This document shows, piece after piece, positions 62,259 through 64,000 of a DNA stretch of 64,000 bases. Numbering within the stretch: position 1 is the first letter of the stretch; each line of letters starts with the position of its first letter. Source of the DNA: Tubulanus polymorphus. Its lineage: Eukaryota > Animalia > Nemertea. The DNA is taken from contig NC_134030.1 in NCBI RefSeq assembly GCF_964204645.1, positions 541,355-605,354 of the forward strand, in the 5' to 3' direction. The position numbers and the translations under genes were made by a program. The notes beneath the pieces were generated by a model, which saw only the letters and a program-made list of their open reading frames with translations, made no database searches and was not told the origin of the DNA.

Positions 62259-64000
62259 CTTTTCAACAATCGGCTCAACTATAACCACCTAAGCAATTAA
62301 AATGTTCCGCTATAATTTTTCGATTCTTATGAAATAAATTCCTCGCAACATTTCTTATTGTAAACCGTAATTCTGCGGTGCGGTTCTATCAGCTCATATC
62401 TTGTTTGAATAATATCTACTGGAGATAACAGACGACTGTAGAAATATAACCATAAACACAATGTCCATTTAGAAGGGGTTGGTCAAGTAGGGACCACAAG
62501 CTGATTGTCAGAATAGCATATAAACCAATGGCCCAGCGGGGCGTGGGGTTCATTGTTGTAAGGGTAACCACCGTGATAACCGATACAGAATAGAGTCAAG
62601 AGCACTTCAAATTCTCGACTCCTTATAGGGATGTACTATGGATACGTAGGGTGTCTGATGACTTCTTGAAATAACATATTTTCAAGTAGTTTTACTTCTT
62701 GTCAATTCGTAAAACCACTAAACCAACCAACTTTACAATAACAACAGTTTGACACGAGACACGAGATTCGAGTTGAGAAGATACACAATATCCCCGTGTA
62801 AGAATGAATAAACGAGATTAATCCCAAAATAAATTCAGCAAAACGATGAAACGTTCTTGAATAGAAGTGTATTTAGATTTTGAGCAATAGACGAAGAGGT
62901 CTCAAGATTCGAATTTTCATATGATATAGTTTATTGAAGTACATCGTTTCGGTTTTTCACATCGTAGGGTGGAGAATGTGAGTAGAAACAGAAGTAGGAA
63001 TGAACACGAACTTACAGGACGTGAACAGAAGCTACGGATTTCAGATTATTGTCTTGTAATCCTAGTCGGATTTCAAATATGTAACAGTTCAGTAAGATAG
63101 ACTGGTGTCTGCTGGTTATGAACAATTCTATAAGTAAAAACAAGAATTTTAAACTTAACAGGCAACCAATGGAGACTTTAATTACTTTTTCATTAAATTT
63201 TTTAGAATTTTATCAAGGCCAAGATTGGTGAAAATGGACAAACTTAACTTGGATTTGTTGTGTTCACTATAATTTTGTTTATATAAGTTATTCGCGTGGA
63301 CAACAACAGACGAACTTGTGAAATCTCTCCGACTCGCGTCAGACCGATAATTATTAATGAATCATTAAGGTGTTGAATTCTGTTCGAGGTGGAGAATGAG
63401 GAGAGGTGTGTGGAGCGGGGGGTGCGATTAAAACATGCGATCAAAGACGAATCGAAAAAGACACAAGTCAAAAATTACCCCCAATCGACCCCATACACGA
63501 ATAGATTACGTCATTTTACAATCATTAATAAAATCAATAAAATCGATATAATTGTCGACACACATTGTTGCACACATCTGCGTCGGCGATAGGAATATAA
63601 TATACTAAATTGTCGTATTGTTGACATCAAAGAGTTTTTCAACTACAGGAACCGCGAGAGCAGATGTTCTCAAGCTTGATCTCGGAGGCTGGACGCGTCT
63701 CCCATATAAAGCCATCCAGTCTACTTAATTAGCAAAATAGAATTGATTTATTCTCGTTACTTCTTTTATATTCGGTGTAAGTAGCTCATTTCGTACTTAA
63801 CGACACAAAATGGACAACAATCGAAGCGGTTGAGACTCACACGAGTTCAAACAATACGTCATCGATTCGATCGACAATAGACGTTCGTTTAAAATCGACG
63901 ACTTCCGGTGTTTCACGCCTTGACGCAGGCGCACTTCAATCGTTCGTTTACACAAATAATCTGTTCATTATGTCGCGGAATATTTTTCGAGGATTAACGG

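Overview
Eukaryotic invertebrate DNA, probably a spiralian/lophotrochozoan (inferred from gene content, not verified); AT-rich and repeat-rich. Three protein-coding genes are supported. (1) The last five exons of a DEG/ENaC (ASIC/FaNaC-superfamily) channel (+, 810-4499), carrying a ~480-aa insertion at the knuckle position. (2) An intronless class A peptide-type GPCR (-, 19395-20627). (3) A complete three-exon Distal-less/Dlx homeobox gene (+, 40958-57072, 278 aa) with a 14-kb second intron. Two near-identical tRNA-Gln(CTG) genes in opposite orientation bracket the GPCR-Dlx interval, and there is a tRNA-derived SINE head. The most striking unannotated signal is a dispersed 69-bp 'satellite' (five arrays, roughly 50 copies). 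Its unit folds as a minimal type I hammerhead ribozyme of the Penelope-like element/retrozyme type, and it derives from a 167-bp monomer. A second, unrelated fold-back family keeps the same core with different stems. Eighteen copies lie in sense orientation in Dlx intron 2, facing an antisense array. Also present are PIF/Harbinger-like MITEs whose terminus plus CWG target site has been amplified into a 20-bp minisatellite, P-element-like mini-elements with 7-bp TSDs, and several other satellites and microsatellites. All folds, copy counts and coordinates were worked out by eye; no catalytic activity is demonstrated.
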